Source of the DNA: the human T2T-CHM13v2.0 reference genome, Homo sapiens
Assembly: GCF_009914755.1 (NCBI RefSeq)
Contig: NC_060932.1
Direction: 5' to 3' (one strand)
DNA length: 64,000 nucleotides
Under the pieces are notes generated by a model. That model saw only the letters and a program-made list of their open reading frames with translations, did no database searches and was not told the DNA's origin. The stretch's first letter is position 1; each line of letters opens with the position of its first letter. Positions 31,301 through 44,718 of the stretch are shown piece after piece. The position numbers were made by a program, and so were the translations under genes.

Positions 31301-32794
31301 TTTGCCTTCTTTTTAAAAGGGCAGTGAAATCCAGCTCATTAATTCAGTTCATTAAAAAACAAAACAAAACAAAACTCTGGCAGTGAAACTACTTAAGATG
31401 AACTTTCCTGGCTATTTGACATCTATAGCCTTGCTAGGTTGTAAGGGATTTTCTCTGTCTCCTTAGTCTTTTCAGTGTTTTCAGATTCATAAAAACAAGC
31501 TTTTTCTTTGACCCTAATTTGCTGCTTTCTATCTTCAAGCTGTAATGCCGTTCCACTGGGTCTCTTGTGTTGTATCAGATGTCACTTGTCTTTATTCTCT
31601 GGATGTACTTTGTGTTTTTGTCCTTTTCAAACTACTGCGGGTGATTGTGGGCTTCAGTTCCCTGACACAACTGTCCAACTCTTTTGTAAACTTCCTCTCG
31701 TGGGCAGAAAACAGATCAGCTGCTGTTTAATAAAGCAGGCATCTCATTTCATTCCTTTCACATCCATCAAAATGACTTTTCCTGAAACTGGCATTCTTCC
31801 ACTATTATTTGGTTAACTTGCCACATACAAGTGATTTTTCATCTCTTGATTGGGGAAAGCAACTCTCAAGGGTGATGTTTTTCTTGTCGATTCGGAGAAT
31901 ACCAGCTTTCCTCCTACAGACAAAGCTTGCTCCTCTGCTGTTTTGATACCTTCCCAGCCTCTAGCACCTTGAAGTGATGGACTTTTGTGAAAATAGTGAT
32001 ATTGGGAGAAAAAATGTCACATACTTAAGTGCATCTTGAGTTAAGGAACAAAAGAAAAATTACATAGCCTAATCGTTGATGGACAGCTAAAGTTAATTAT
32101 GGTAATAGCAATTACTGTAATAAAGTTAATTAAAGAATGTATATATGTATATATACATTTGTAAGAATATAGAGTTATAGCATTCATGTAGATATGTCCA
32201 TTTATTTTCTTAACTAGCACTATTAAGAAAAAAGCAGAAAAAAGCACTATTAAGAAAAAATAAGAAAAAAGTTGTTTTTCTTATTTTGTGCATGGGCAAA
32301 ATGAAGCGAGGCTAAGTGAGCAGAAATACAGTGACAGAGGAGGGAATAAATGTCTCCTGATTACAAGCCTGCTGCCTCCAGCACTTTGAAGCTGCTGACT
32401 TCTATGAAAGTTAGTGATATTTGGAGGAAAATGTCACCATAAAAGCATACTATAGCTTCTACTGGACCAAAGGGATTCTGTGTCTACCATGGGCGTGTAA
32501 TGCAGTGATATGTTTTTGAAAAGCCGTGTGGATCTGTAACGGCTAAAAGAAGGTAATTTTCTTTGATTGCTCCAAGGGTCTGTTAACTGATTAGAAAGGG
32601 TTCTTAATAATATAGGAGGCTCAAGACTTCCTGCAAGTTTATCCCAACTGTGCAATCCATTTGGGGGCTTATCATTAAAATACTGTTAAATACTTATGAT
32701 ATGAATATTGAGCATTTTAAGGCAACATCTATTGTGAGGACTACACATAACCAATATTCTTTTTTTCTGAGAAGTCAGCATTCTATTTAAAAAC

Positions 32795-32862
32795 ATATAT
32801 ATGCCTGTTTGTATGTATATATATATGTGTGTGTATATATATATATATATAAAATATGTATA
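32795..32862. repeat. Imperfect (TA)n/(TG)n repeat
   Basis: Directly visible in the sequence. Confidence 0.85.
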
Positions 32863-33703
32863 TTTAACCCTTTTTCCGAACTATGGTATATCTTCATAAA
32901 GTAAAAATGTAGAATATGCAAAGATAAAAAAAATTTAAAAATTGTCTTCCATTGTATCACTTTGGTTTAATTATTTTTCAGATTTTTAAGTAAGCATACA
33001 TGCAGAATTTTACAAAATTGAGTTTATGAGTTTTTCAAGGAAATACCAATAAACAGCACCCTCTTTCCACATCTGAAAAATTAGAAAAAAACAAAAGCCA
33101 AAAAAAGGTAGGGGCCAAAATACCACCTTTATCACTAACAGAGGTTAGGTAGAGAGTAGATTTTTATCTGTTTGCCTTATAGGATTGCAAATAAAAAACT
33201 CCAGAATCACAGAAATTGCCCCATCTACTTCCAGGTGGCTCTAAACCAGGGCTTGCCTATGCCAGAAGCCTGCCTGGGTAAGATGTACAGCATGAAAGAG
33301 AAGGAAATTTGTGTTCTCTGCAGGAAAGCTCCCTCTCTAGAGGAAGTGAGTGGAGTTAAGCAGAGCATGTCCTGTCATTCTTTCCACATTTACCAACTGG
33401 TTAACTCATAGAGCAGCCCTTCTAATTAAAACTAAGCTTTGCCTTTTGGCAATTGGAGATTTAGAGAATTCGTAAAAATAAGTGGAAATCTTGCTATCAT
33501 ACTTTTATTTCATTCTTGCTGATAAATGCCTTTTTTTCTTTTTCTGCCATGAACTATACATTTGTTTAGTGAACTCACTGCCATGTGACTGAGCTACATG
33601 TTTACACTGTGTTAATAAATGACTGAATGGAGTTCCCTAGTTGAGCAAAGAAGTCATAGTGTATCCAATTGTTCAATTCTGATTTTTGGCATATAGTAGG
33701 TAA

Positions 33704-34054
<351 letters not shown>

Positions 34055-36627
34055 CAGAGGAGATAATTAAAAAAAAAATAAGAGGAATATACATAATTCT
34101 GCACTAAATTGGGTTATCTAAGCTCTAAATATTCAAAATAAGGATATATTAATTGGCTTAAGTAATAAAAAAGGACTTAATGGGGAAATCCATATATTCT
34201 TTGACCAATGAAAGATGGATACAATTTGACAGGCTGTGGATCAAAAGGGAAATAGCATAACAAAGATATAGCAGTATCTGAGGCTCAGAGAACTTAATTA
34301 TGTACATTCTCAGAGACAGCGGCACATCTCAGATTAGAACACTAGTCTGATTCTTGGGTTTTTTTCTTAAGATAACTTTGGGCTGCATATCTTGCATCTC
34401 CAGAGCTAGAGTGAGCAAATCTAGTTCGGCACCTTCATCATTCTAATAATTCTGATTTTCTCCTTCTGTTCTTTAGCTCTTGTATGTTTTCCTGTCTATA
34501 GTAAAAATGGTAAGAATTGGAAAATTGAATCTGAGTAGTTGTAGCAATTGGAATAGTTACCTCTGTGTGAACTTCAATTCTCATAAAGCAATTATAGATA
34601 ATCCTATTACCATTAACTTGAACATATTTGTAGTAACTGCTAAGTGGTAACTGTAACCTAATCTTCAGGGTTATATTACACAGTAAACAGTAGCTACAGT
34701 TACCATACTTTGTACACATTAAAAGTATATGGAATATGCAGTGAAAATAGCTGAAGCCAAGAATATTAGCATTTAAAAAATTAAATGTTGTTCACCAGGG
34801 ACTAGTATAAATTCTGCTGTGGTAAACAAGGGAGGATTGTTAGCACTTTCACATTTATAATAATTGGTCTGATAAAGTATTGACTCAGCCACAAACATTA
34901 ATATTTATGAACTGTGATTTCTTGGTACATTTGATAACGACATATGCCACTGTGGAATTCTTTACCACTTGGTATCGGTTGGTGCTATGAATAATGAAAA
35001 ACCACTGTATTAAATAGTCTTTGGAACTAGGGAGCATTTTTTACTGGAATAAATTCTTCAAATATATTTCTGAGTTGTGAATAGATTAGGAAGTGAAAAA
35101 ATTAATTCGGATTAGGATTTTGAATTTTGTTGGCCATGATTTTTCCTCCCTTTTGGAAATACCTATAATCCAAGAAAAGGCTAGAATTTAAGAACTTTTA
35201 TTCATAATCAAGACATTCTTCTGTGCATAGTAGCTGATTCCAAACCATCAGGATGTAGAGTATGGTTTTAAAAATGGATTTTCACATTTAAAGTCACTAT
35301 TATTTAACTTCAAAAATTCGATTATTGTAATCCCATGATATGCCTACACAGCAAACAATTTATGAAAACTTTAAATCTGCTTCTTAATTTCTGCTTTGTT
35401 TCCCATTAAATAGTATGGATAATATACTCCATCTAACTGGTCTATTAAAAAGCATTTATCTTTTTTGTTATGATTTTAAAATTAAACAATAGTTTTACTT
35501 TCGTCCTTCCTACCCTACATGTCTTGGTTGCTGTTTGTTAATGTCTTTTCCTCTCTCTTCTATACCCATTGGATGGGCTCTTATGAAATTTTAAATTTTG
35601 TTGTTGGATTTTATTTTTAATCTCACACTGGGCATTCTGTAGGCAAATTTTCCTTGGTTCATAAGCACATCTATTAAAGTTTTATATTATAATAGCATGC
35701 TACATTATATCATATTGATTTTTTAACAATCACTTTGACATTGAATAGTGTATTCCTTTAGGATGTATTTATTTATGGATATCATTGTAACAATGCATAT
35801 TTTTGTAAATATGTATAAAGGTTTGCACTTTTCCAAAAAACCTTACCTTTAGATCTTTAAGGGCACTGTGCAATGAGTTAGTGCTGTATGTTTTCCAAGA
35901 GACAGTAACTTCCTAGTAGAAAAAGTAAAGAATCAATCCCAGGAAAATTAAGGATTGGCCTACATAAGTTAGCCTTAACAAGCATATTGGAAGTGCTAAT
36001 TTCCTGTGTAGTAGTGATATCATAGAAAAATCAACATTTACATCTCTGGTTATATAGGACATAGAATTCTTATAAAAGTTGTTTTTTGGTTTGCAGTTGC
36101 AGCATTATTTCTCTGCATCTTTGATTCACTGTCTATATCATTGTTCAAAACAACAACAAAAACAACCATACTCCCACTGAGCATAATTATACTCTGATGG
36201 ACAAGTGAGTTGGCCATTGTGGTTTGTTACCATGTCACAACAACGCCATTATCTTTTACCTTTGTGATTCATTAACTACCTGTTTATGGCACTGCCATTT
36301 CTTTCTTTATATGTCAGCTTTTAAATAACTTTCTGTCATTTGTTCTCCAGCCAAGACTAACACAGTGAGGTTGTTTGGAAGCAACATTCTTTCAGAACTG
36401 ATAGCTTAGCTTTGTTCTAGGATATTAGTTAGTGACTTTTATTTTTGTCAGTAAATGTTTTATTACTCTTGGATAATGCAAATGTAGCTTGATTAGAAAT
36501 CCAGGGGCCTGTCAAATAAAGAAGGGTTTTTTTATGGGGCTGAAATAGAGTGTGGAACTAAAGAATCCTCAAGATAGAGGATCAACTCTTCTGGGACAAA
36601 TTATGTTGTACTAGTTAAAAATATGTG

Positions 36628-36978
<351 letters not shown>

Positions 36979-37289
36979 TAAAATCATGTATCAAAGTTAT
37001 AAGAAGGTGCATGGGGACAGTCAATCTAGTGTATATGTTACACAAATTTTTATTTATGTCAAACACAAGGCTTTAGAAAGTTTCAAACAATTCTCTACAG
37101 TATACATGTCAACAATACTACTGACTATGGATAGAAGAGAGAATGATTTCAGTAGCTTTGCCTTAGGTCAGTCGTCTAACACATAGGTTAATGATTAAGA
37201 AAGCATTTTTAACATCTTACCTTTAGAAAGCATAAATGTGCAAATATCCTATTTTTTATAGCATCTTTATATGCTGCCCAAGGTGACTA

Positions 37290-37645
37290 ATTCAGAGCTA
37301 GAAACTTAACCACAAAAGTTAAAGTCATAAAGGCAACCACTAGAATAGCTTAAATTAATAATACAAGGTAGAGGACAGAGAAGAGGAAGAGGGTAGAGCA
37401 TGTTCACAAACTCCTCATCTCTCTAGGTGAGAAGGCAATGGGCACTGTCAGGTAAAGAGAGATATAAATATATTGTGGTAATGAAAGCCAGTAAAATAAC
37501 TGGAAATAAAAGATGTTGAGATACTTGTTTTAGGAGACTAGGAGGGTCAGCTTTGAGAAAAGAGATTTTACCTTTTTACTCTAAACTTCCATATTGTTTA
37601 AATTTATATTTTTCGTGTGTATCCTATATTGCTGGAAGGAAAATA
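37290..37645 (+). mobile_element. Possible old L1ME/MC 3' fragment
   Basis: aggcaaccactagaata and ttttaccttttactcta...atattgtttaaattt resemble old L1 3' ends. Confidence 0.4.
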
Positions 37646-38164
37646 ATCTCTCTTTTGGCAATTCCATTCTCTGTTCTCATCATCTATACCTTTGTAATCA
37701 TATACAGCTTTACCAAAATCTCAAATCGCCTTAATCCCCCCAGCCCTTTCTAAGAATGTGTCATGTCATATGAGCTCCAGGGCATTTTCACTGAATTTGT
37801 TCCCCCTGCCAATCTTTGGGTGGAACCATCTACCTGTGTCTACACTGTCGGTATGAGGGAGCAAAACAGCGGTTACAGAATATGGTTCCAAAGGTTAGAA
37901 CAAAAACTTGTATGCAAATACAAGAAGAAGAGAAAAGTCAGAGTTGTTCAAAGATGGAATGATGTACTTGCGAAGATAAGAGGATCTGTCGCCAGAGGTT
38001 CAGTTTGGAACAGGTGACTAATAAGTGGCAACAGCCTCATTCATACAATGGGCAATGAGACAGAAATGTGGTGATTTTCTGCCTCCTTAGGGTGCAGAGC
38101 ATATGCAGGAAATCTTGTTTTCTTTGGGGATGTGGAAGAGGAGGTAGAACACAATGTGCAGGGC

Positions 38165-38345
38165 AATGTTTCTCCAGGTATCATCCATAAACCTACTGCA
38201 TGACAATCACCCTGGAGTGCTTGAAAATGCCCAGGCGCCAAACTATACCGACTGCCTCAGAATCTTTAGAGTCCTGGGAATCTCAACTTTTAATAAGCTC
38301 CCAAGTGGTTCTGGTGCCAACTAAGTGTGAGAGTCTCTGCCTGGA
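38165..38345. mobile_element. MER5A-type hAT MITE
   Basis: aatcacctggagtgcttgaaaatgc...tcagaatct...ttttaataagctcccaagtggttctg. Confidence 0.7.
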
Positions 38346-39081
38346 AAGCAGAAGAAACTACAAAATTTGTTTCAGGTAAGTATGTGCTTCAAGAATGTGG
38401 CTGTTATGCAACCATCACAACATGTACAGTGAAATAATGCTTAGGGAGATATGATCCATGGCAAGACTAAAAAAAAATTTGTCCTTTTTTGTCATAGTTT
38501 TATTTCCTCTCTTCATTTATTTTATTTTTTATTCTCTTCATGCTATAGCAATAGTGATGAATGCTGATGAGGCAATAGTTAATCCAACCCCAGGCATTCA
38601 TTTTCAGGTAATTATTTGAAACCAGAGGAGCACTTCACAGCACTGACTTACCTGTTTGGAGGATTAACTAATTAAAAGCTCAAGCAAGACAGATATATTT
38701 TGTTTTTTTTCCCTAAACTAGCTAAAAGAAAAGAAAAGTATATTTTGTCTTCTGATATTTTCTACTATCATTTTATGTTATTAAAATGTGGTATGTCATT
38801 TTAATGTCTTTGTTCTGATAAATAGGATGATATATTAATGTGTCATGGTGGAGGAGGCACAATTTTAAAATGAATCAACTTTATTCATTTGAATTTATTT
38901 AAAAAGATGTAGTAGATGGGGGCAATATTTTTGACAAATTATTCAGATGATTAAGGGAAAACAAATAAAAGTTTTGGATTTCATTAACTAGGTGGATTTT
39001 TTATACTGTTTTAAATCACCATACCTTGTGGTCTGTAAATTTTAATCCAAATTATAATTGGTCTAATAAAAGAGATTAAGG

Positions 39082-39404
<323 letters not shown>

Positions 39405-41894
39405 CTATCTTGTTATTGATGCAGTGGGAGAGGATTTTGTTTGTTTGTTTGTTTCTTTTTTTTTTTTTGAGACAACCATCAAATCAAACCCCAATGTATC
39501 TTCCACCGTCTTGCACTTGGCCAGGTGAGTACTGAAATGTGTCTTCCCGAGAGCCCTTGTTGCACTTGGGTGCCCATTTACTTTTGAAGCTGTGTAGTGA
39601 TAGATCAAAACTATCTCTTTTAAAGCAGAATCCATATTAAATGACAGTATCCTGTCTTTAAAAGTTTCCAATTATCTTAACAGTCTAAGAAAAGCTGAAA
39701 TACCTGCTATGGGCAGCAGGGTTTTGACTACATTTCACACATTATTAATCTGGCGATGTTCCCTCATAGACTCCGGGTAGTTTCGTTGCACTTTTGCTTT
39801 TCATATGAACTTTTAAACTGTGAAATGTGGCTTCCCTTTCTCCTGAGAGGTGACTGTGATATCGTTGGTGTGAAATGATCCTGTTTATAGTTTGATGTCA
39901 GCTTGTTAAATCTGAGAAGTGATTATGGGGTTCTTTGGTTTGAGAAACATGTTAAGATATTGTGAGCATTGCCATTCATGAATTCACATTACTCCATGTA
40001 GATTGCACCTTTTTTTCTTCCCCACACCCTTTTTTTTGAAATAGAGATGAGAGCTTTTAAAATTATTCTTTAAGATGCTACATACTCTTTAGGAGAATGT
40101 GAAATGTAACTCTAATAAATATTCATCTAATCTGCAGGACTTGTACACAGAGTTTATCGCCATTTCCATTTCAAGCTTTCATTATCTGCCTCCAGCACTG
40201 TCACTCTGGACTAGCTCATTTCCCCCGCTTTGGTAGCAACAACAAAAGACCTAGGTCCTTTTTATATTTCATAGTTATGTTTAGGCTTAGTAAAAAATCT
40301 TATAACATTCATTCACACATGCTTGTGTCATGGGATAAGGTAACCGTATCATTTGCTTCAGTTCTTTTCCTTTTCTTGTTTAAATTCGGAGGCTCTTCTA
40401 TTTTATTTCCAAATTCATTTTCTTTAGTACATCCAATTCTCTCCGGCACTCCCATGAACAGCTGTGGGTGGTGATGGGGCGATGTACTGAGATAGTGCTT
40501 CAGCACTCTGAGCATCCCTTCTGAGCAGCTTTATAGAACACGGGAAAGCATCGTATAGCTCTGTGGCAGATGGACTTTCAAATAGCATTCACCGAGATCT
40601 TTCTCTTTTATATCAGGAAACACAAGCTATATACCCTACTTAGTATGCTGACATTTCACAGTTGATATCCTCATATATTTTCCTTTTCACTTGATGGGCA
40701 GGGATGGGAATTGAGGTGCCCTTTTCAAACAAAACATGCCTTTCCTTTTAGTATTGCTGAATATTGACTACAACAAATCTATTTGGCTGAATTCTACTTG
40801 TTTTCTATATTCCTACATTGTACACTTAATGCAGTGACTACCAAGCATTGGGAAAAATGCTAAATAGTTCTGCAAGAGTTCATTGCCTGTTTGGCTCAAG
40901 AATTGCTATACTTGAATATATATTTAGTTTAGAAATTTAAAAAGTAATCTTCCTGCCATCTTTCATTTCTTTTTCCCTCCACTAGTGTGAATACTTGTGT
41001 TTTATTGATTTATAAACGTCACAGAAATGGGTGCTGAAAGAACTCCTGGACAGTTTGATGATGTCAAATGTGGTGTTTACAAAATGTTGACAGTGAAGGG
41101 CATTATTATCTGGTTTAATTTAGGTCCTGTGTTTTGAACTTATTTTACTTTGTACTATGGAACAATTAGACGGCCAAGCATTTTCCCAAATGAAAAAAAA
41201 TATGAATTTTGCTGAAGAGAGGAATTGCACTTACGTTTTAAGCTTCTTTTTAAAAGGCAGTTTGAAATATCAAAAACTTTCAGCAGAAATATCTCATGCT
41301 TGTTCTCAGCCCTGCAGTAAATTTGGTTATGGAAAATTTAATACAGTCTGTGTGGAGAGTCTGGAGATAAGTAAGTGTGTTGTTTCCTCTTGGGTAATTC
41401 CAAATTGTTTTCTTTAAACTTGTGATTTAGCAGGTAATCCTCCAGGTGAACCTTGACAATCTGGTTATACTGTGATGCCAGGACCTCTGAAAGTAGCAGG
41501 TGATTGGCTGGCTTCCTCACCACTTGCAGCCCTGGGCCTCAGAGAGAGAGACATGGGAGTGTTTATAATGAATTTCAGTGAGGGGTTTATTTAGATTGAA
41601 AAGTAACGTGCATGGTCATAAGAGAAGTTTTGCAGGGGTTTAGGGACCATTATTGAGTGGCAGTTTTGAAAATTTCATGTGTACAGGTATAACCCCCCTT
41701 GTCACCTCTCCAGCTTATTCGAAGGGGAGATAAATGCTTATGAAAGGTTTAAGAAAACATTGTCCTCCGAGAAATATAGAGAAGAATCTGGGATAGAAGA
41801 TGCTTTGAAATCAATGACCCTGACGGTTTTGTGGTAGCAGGAAGAGGGTTTTGCTAGAAGCAAGTGAGAACAGCAAGAACAGGTTATTACTTAT

Positions 41895-42650
41895 GACAAT
41901 AGCTAACATTTTCAGGCCCATAATTATATGTTAGATACTAAGCTAACCATTTTGTGTGTATACTCACCTATCAACCTCAACATTCTATAAAGTAGGAGCT
42001 ATTTTTCCTGTTATACTGGTGGGAGAATTGAGACTCAGATAACTGTGGTAGGCAAAATAGTAACCTCTCCAGAGATATTCATATTCTAATCCCTGGAATC
42101 TATGAACATGTTATCTTACCTAGCAATGGGGAATTGGCAGATGTGATTAAGGTTAAGGACTTTGGGATGAGGGGATTATCTTGGCTTATCTGGGTGGGTT
42201 TCATTGAATCACATGGGTCATTAAAAGGAGGAGAACCATTTCTGTCTATGATCAATGATACAGATGTGATGATGGAAGAAAGTGAGAAAGATGCAATGTT
42301 GCTGGTTATGAAGATGGAGAAATGGGGCCAGGGCTGAGGAATGTAGGAAGCCTCTAGAAGCTGAAAAAGACAAGAAAATGGATTCTATTTTAAAGCCTTC
42401 AGAAAGGAATACAGCTCTGTAAACACCTTGATTAGTGTTCATTGAGACCCATGTCTGACTTCTGACCTCCAGAACTGTAAGATAATAAATATGTGTTGTT
42501 TTCAACCACTACATTTATAATAATTTCTTATGACAACAATAAAAAGAATACAGCAATGGTCTTTATTTAAGAGTACAGATACCTGGTGGTACAGCTATGA
42601 AAAAAGCTCAGATTTAACTGGCTCAGAAGCTAGAGCCCTTTACCTCTGTG
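41895..42650 (-). mobile_element. MIR split by MLT1D
   Basis: aatagctaacatt...aattgagactcaga on the left of the LTR; MIR-like continuation at 42553-42650. Confidence 0.6.
42044..42552 (+). mobile_element. MLT1D MaLR solo LTR
   Basis: tgtggtaggcaaaat...gcagatgtgattaag...tctgacctccagaactgtaagataataaat...aataca; 509 bp. Confidence 0.9.
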
Positions 42651-42924
42651 AAATTTTCTTCTTGTGAAACTACCCATGATTTCTCTCTTCTTCAAACACA
42701 GTGTGCAGAACCTAGAATTGCAACAAAAGTTCCAGGTCCCTTTAAACATAAGCAATGATGTTAAAGTTTGGCTCTGGAAAATCTGCAAGTATTCTAAAGT
42801 AGGTGGCACAGGCATGTCAGTTGAAACATGAAACAAAGTAAAACAAAACAGAAAATGCAACATTGCAAACCAAAGGAACAGGTAAAAAGCAAATAGTCTG
42901 AAGGGTCTTTCTGCCTGAATTGAA

Positions 42925-43125
42925 GATAACTCATTAGGCTTTGGAGACAGAGAAGTCTGTGTTCATCGAGGCTATGACCCTTATTAACTGTCTTGCTCAT
43001 GGCAAATCATTTATCCTATCTGATCCGTCTATTCTGTTCAAAATAAAGTAAATGATACAGATGTTACCATGTAGTTTTATGTAATGACTAAGATGTCAGA
43101 GATGCTGCACATGCCTGGCTATATT
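42925..43125 (+). mobile_element. MIR
   Basis: ggctttggagacaga...ggcaaatcattta...tgcctggc. Confidence 0.55.
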
Positions 43126-43996
43126 TTTCTTTCTTTCAGCTTTCTCTCCTAAGGTAGGAAAATATTTGTATGATTGTTCAAGCTTTAATATTTAGTTCCT
43201 TGCTTCTCTCAGTCTCCTAGTTCTAATCCCAGCTCACCTTTCCATTTTGGAAAGCAATCTTCCTAGAGGCTGCAGGTGCTTGGATGCATCTCCAGGTAGT
43301 TTCTATACACCCACCATCTGGAGGTATGAAAGCATAGGCTGGTGGTGCCATGAGACTTGTCTTTTTTCTTTCTTCTCCCTAAGTGAACTTTGAGTGAAGA
43401 TAGTTGAATATGAGCATAGTGAATATGCTCCCTAACACCTTCACCCCCAGTTGTTTATCTCAAGGGCTACAATAGTGACTTGGTTCCTTCCTCTCCTCCA
43501 ACTCCTTTTCCTTCTACATTTTTCTCTTGATATTATTGTAAAATTCCTACTGTCTTCTACTTTGTTTCACATTTCATAATGTGAGTTGGTGGGAGACTAG
43601 CTTTGATAAGTGGAATACTACCATACCTTTAACTGTGGGACATATACTCTATAGAAATAAGTGACACTTCTTATACTTACACCTCAGAGTAAACCTATGG
43701 GCTGACCTTTTAAGTGGGATTTGGGAGAAGGGGGAAAAAAAACTGTACGATTAGGAAATAAACAAACAACAAAAACAACCCCCCGCCCCCCGCAATCTCA
43801 AACCGCACAGAAGATACAAGAGCTCACTTCTTGTTTAGATTGAGATATGTCTGGCTAGAGGGGTCATGAATACATTCTTAGCTGATCTTAACACAACTGA
43901 ATGGTGTTTTTATTCCCTACTACCTTATTATAATAATTTTATAACACACGAGGTGCCTTTGTTACTAGCAACTTGAAAGGAATTCTTTAACACTTG

Positions 43997-44718
43997 CATT
44001 CATATATTCTTTATTTATTCATTTATTCATAAAAAATTTATTGATTGCCTACTGTCTGCCCAGTATGCAGCTAGGTGTTGGGTACATGGTGGAATATGTT
44101 GAAACAAACAGTCGTGGTTCTTGATTTTTTTTGGAAGCGGGATGTACTCTTGTTGAAGACATTCTAAAAAATGAAAACATATAAATGGTCACCTAAGTAT
44201 TGTAATTATAATTGTGTTAAGGGTTATGGGGCATATAAATTTATGAATTGTGGTAGACTTATGATGGTAACTGTGATGGACATACTTTAAATGGTTAGGG
44301 AAGGCATCTCTGAAGAGGTAATGTTTACATTGATACTAGTTTAAATTGAGAAGCATAGAAAAAGTGGGCCTCTGGGAAAGTAGGAAGAGTGTTAGACACA
44401 GAATAGGGCATTTGCAAATGCCCCAATGCAGGCAAGGGCTTATTAATATGTCCACATATCCTAGTTGCTGGAGAGAGTGAGCTAGGGAGAGGACTCAAGA
44501 TGAGGTTGGAGTCACAAGCTAGACCAGGCAGTGCTTTGATAGGCCATGCATAAGAGTTCAGGTTTTATTCTAGTCACAGTAAGAAGCCGTAATAGTGTTT
44601 GTAAAGCAAGGGAATGATGCGAATTGATTTATGCCTTATGAAAGCTTGTTATGCAGCGAATGAATTGTAGAGTCAGGAGTCAAGGCAAGGAGACTAAAAA
44701 GACTGTAATCCATGACAC
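43997..44718 (-). mobile_element. L2a fragment
   Basis: (attc/attt)n tail, atttattgattgcctactg, agggaaggcatctctgaagaggt and ggttttattcta. Confidence 0.75.

Noticed and set aside
40499-40519. REST/RE1-like site TTCAGCAC
   Set aside because: Only the left half matches; the GGACAG right half is absent.
43150-43640. Possible old ERVL/MaLR LTR
   Set aside because: Composition is suggestive, but I could not match termini or family motifs.
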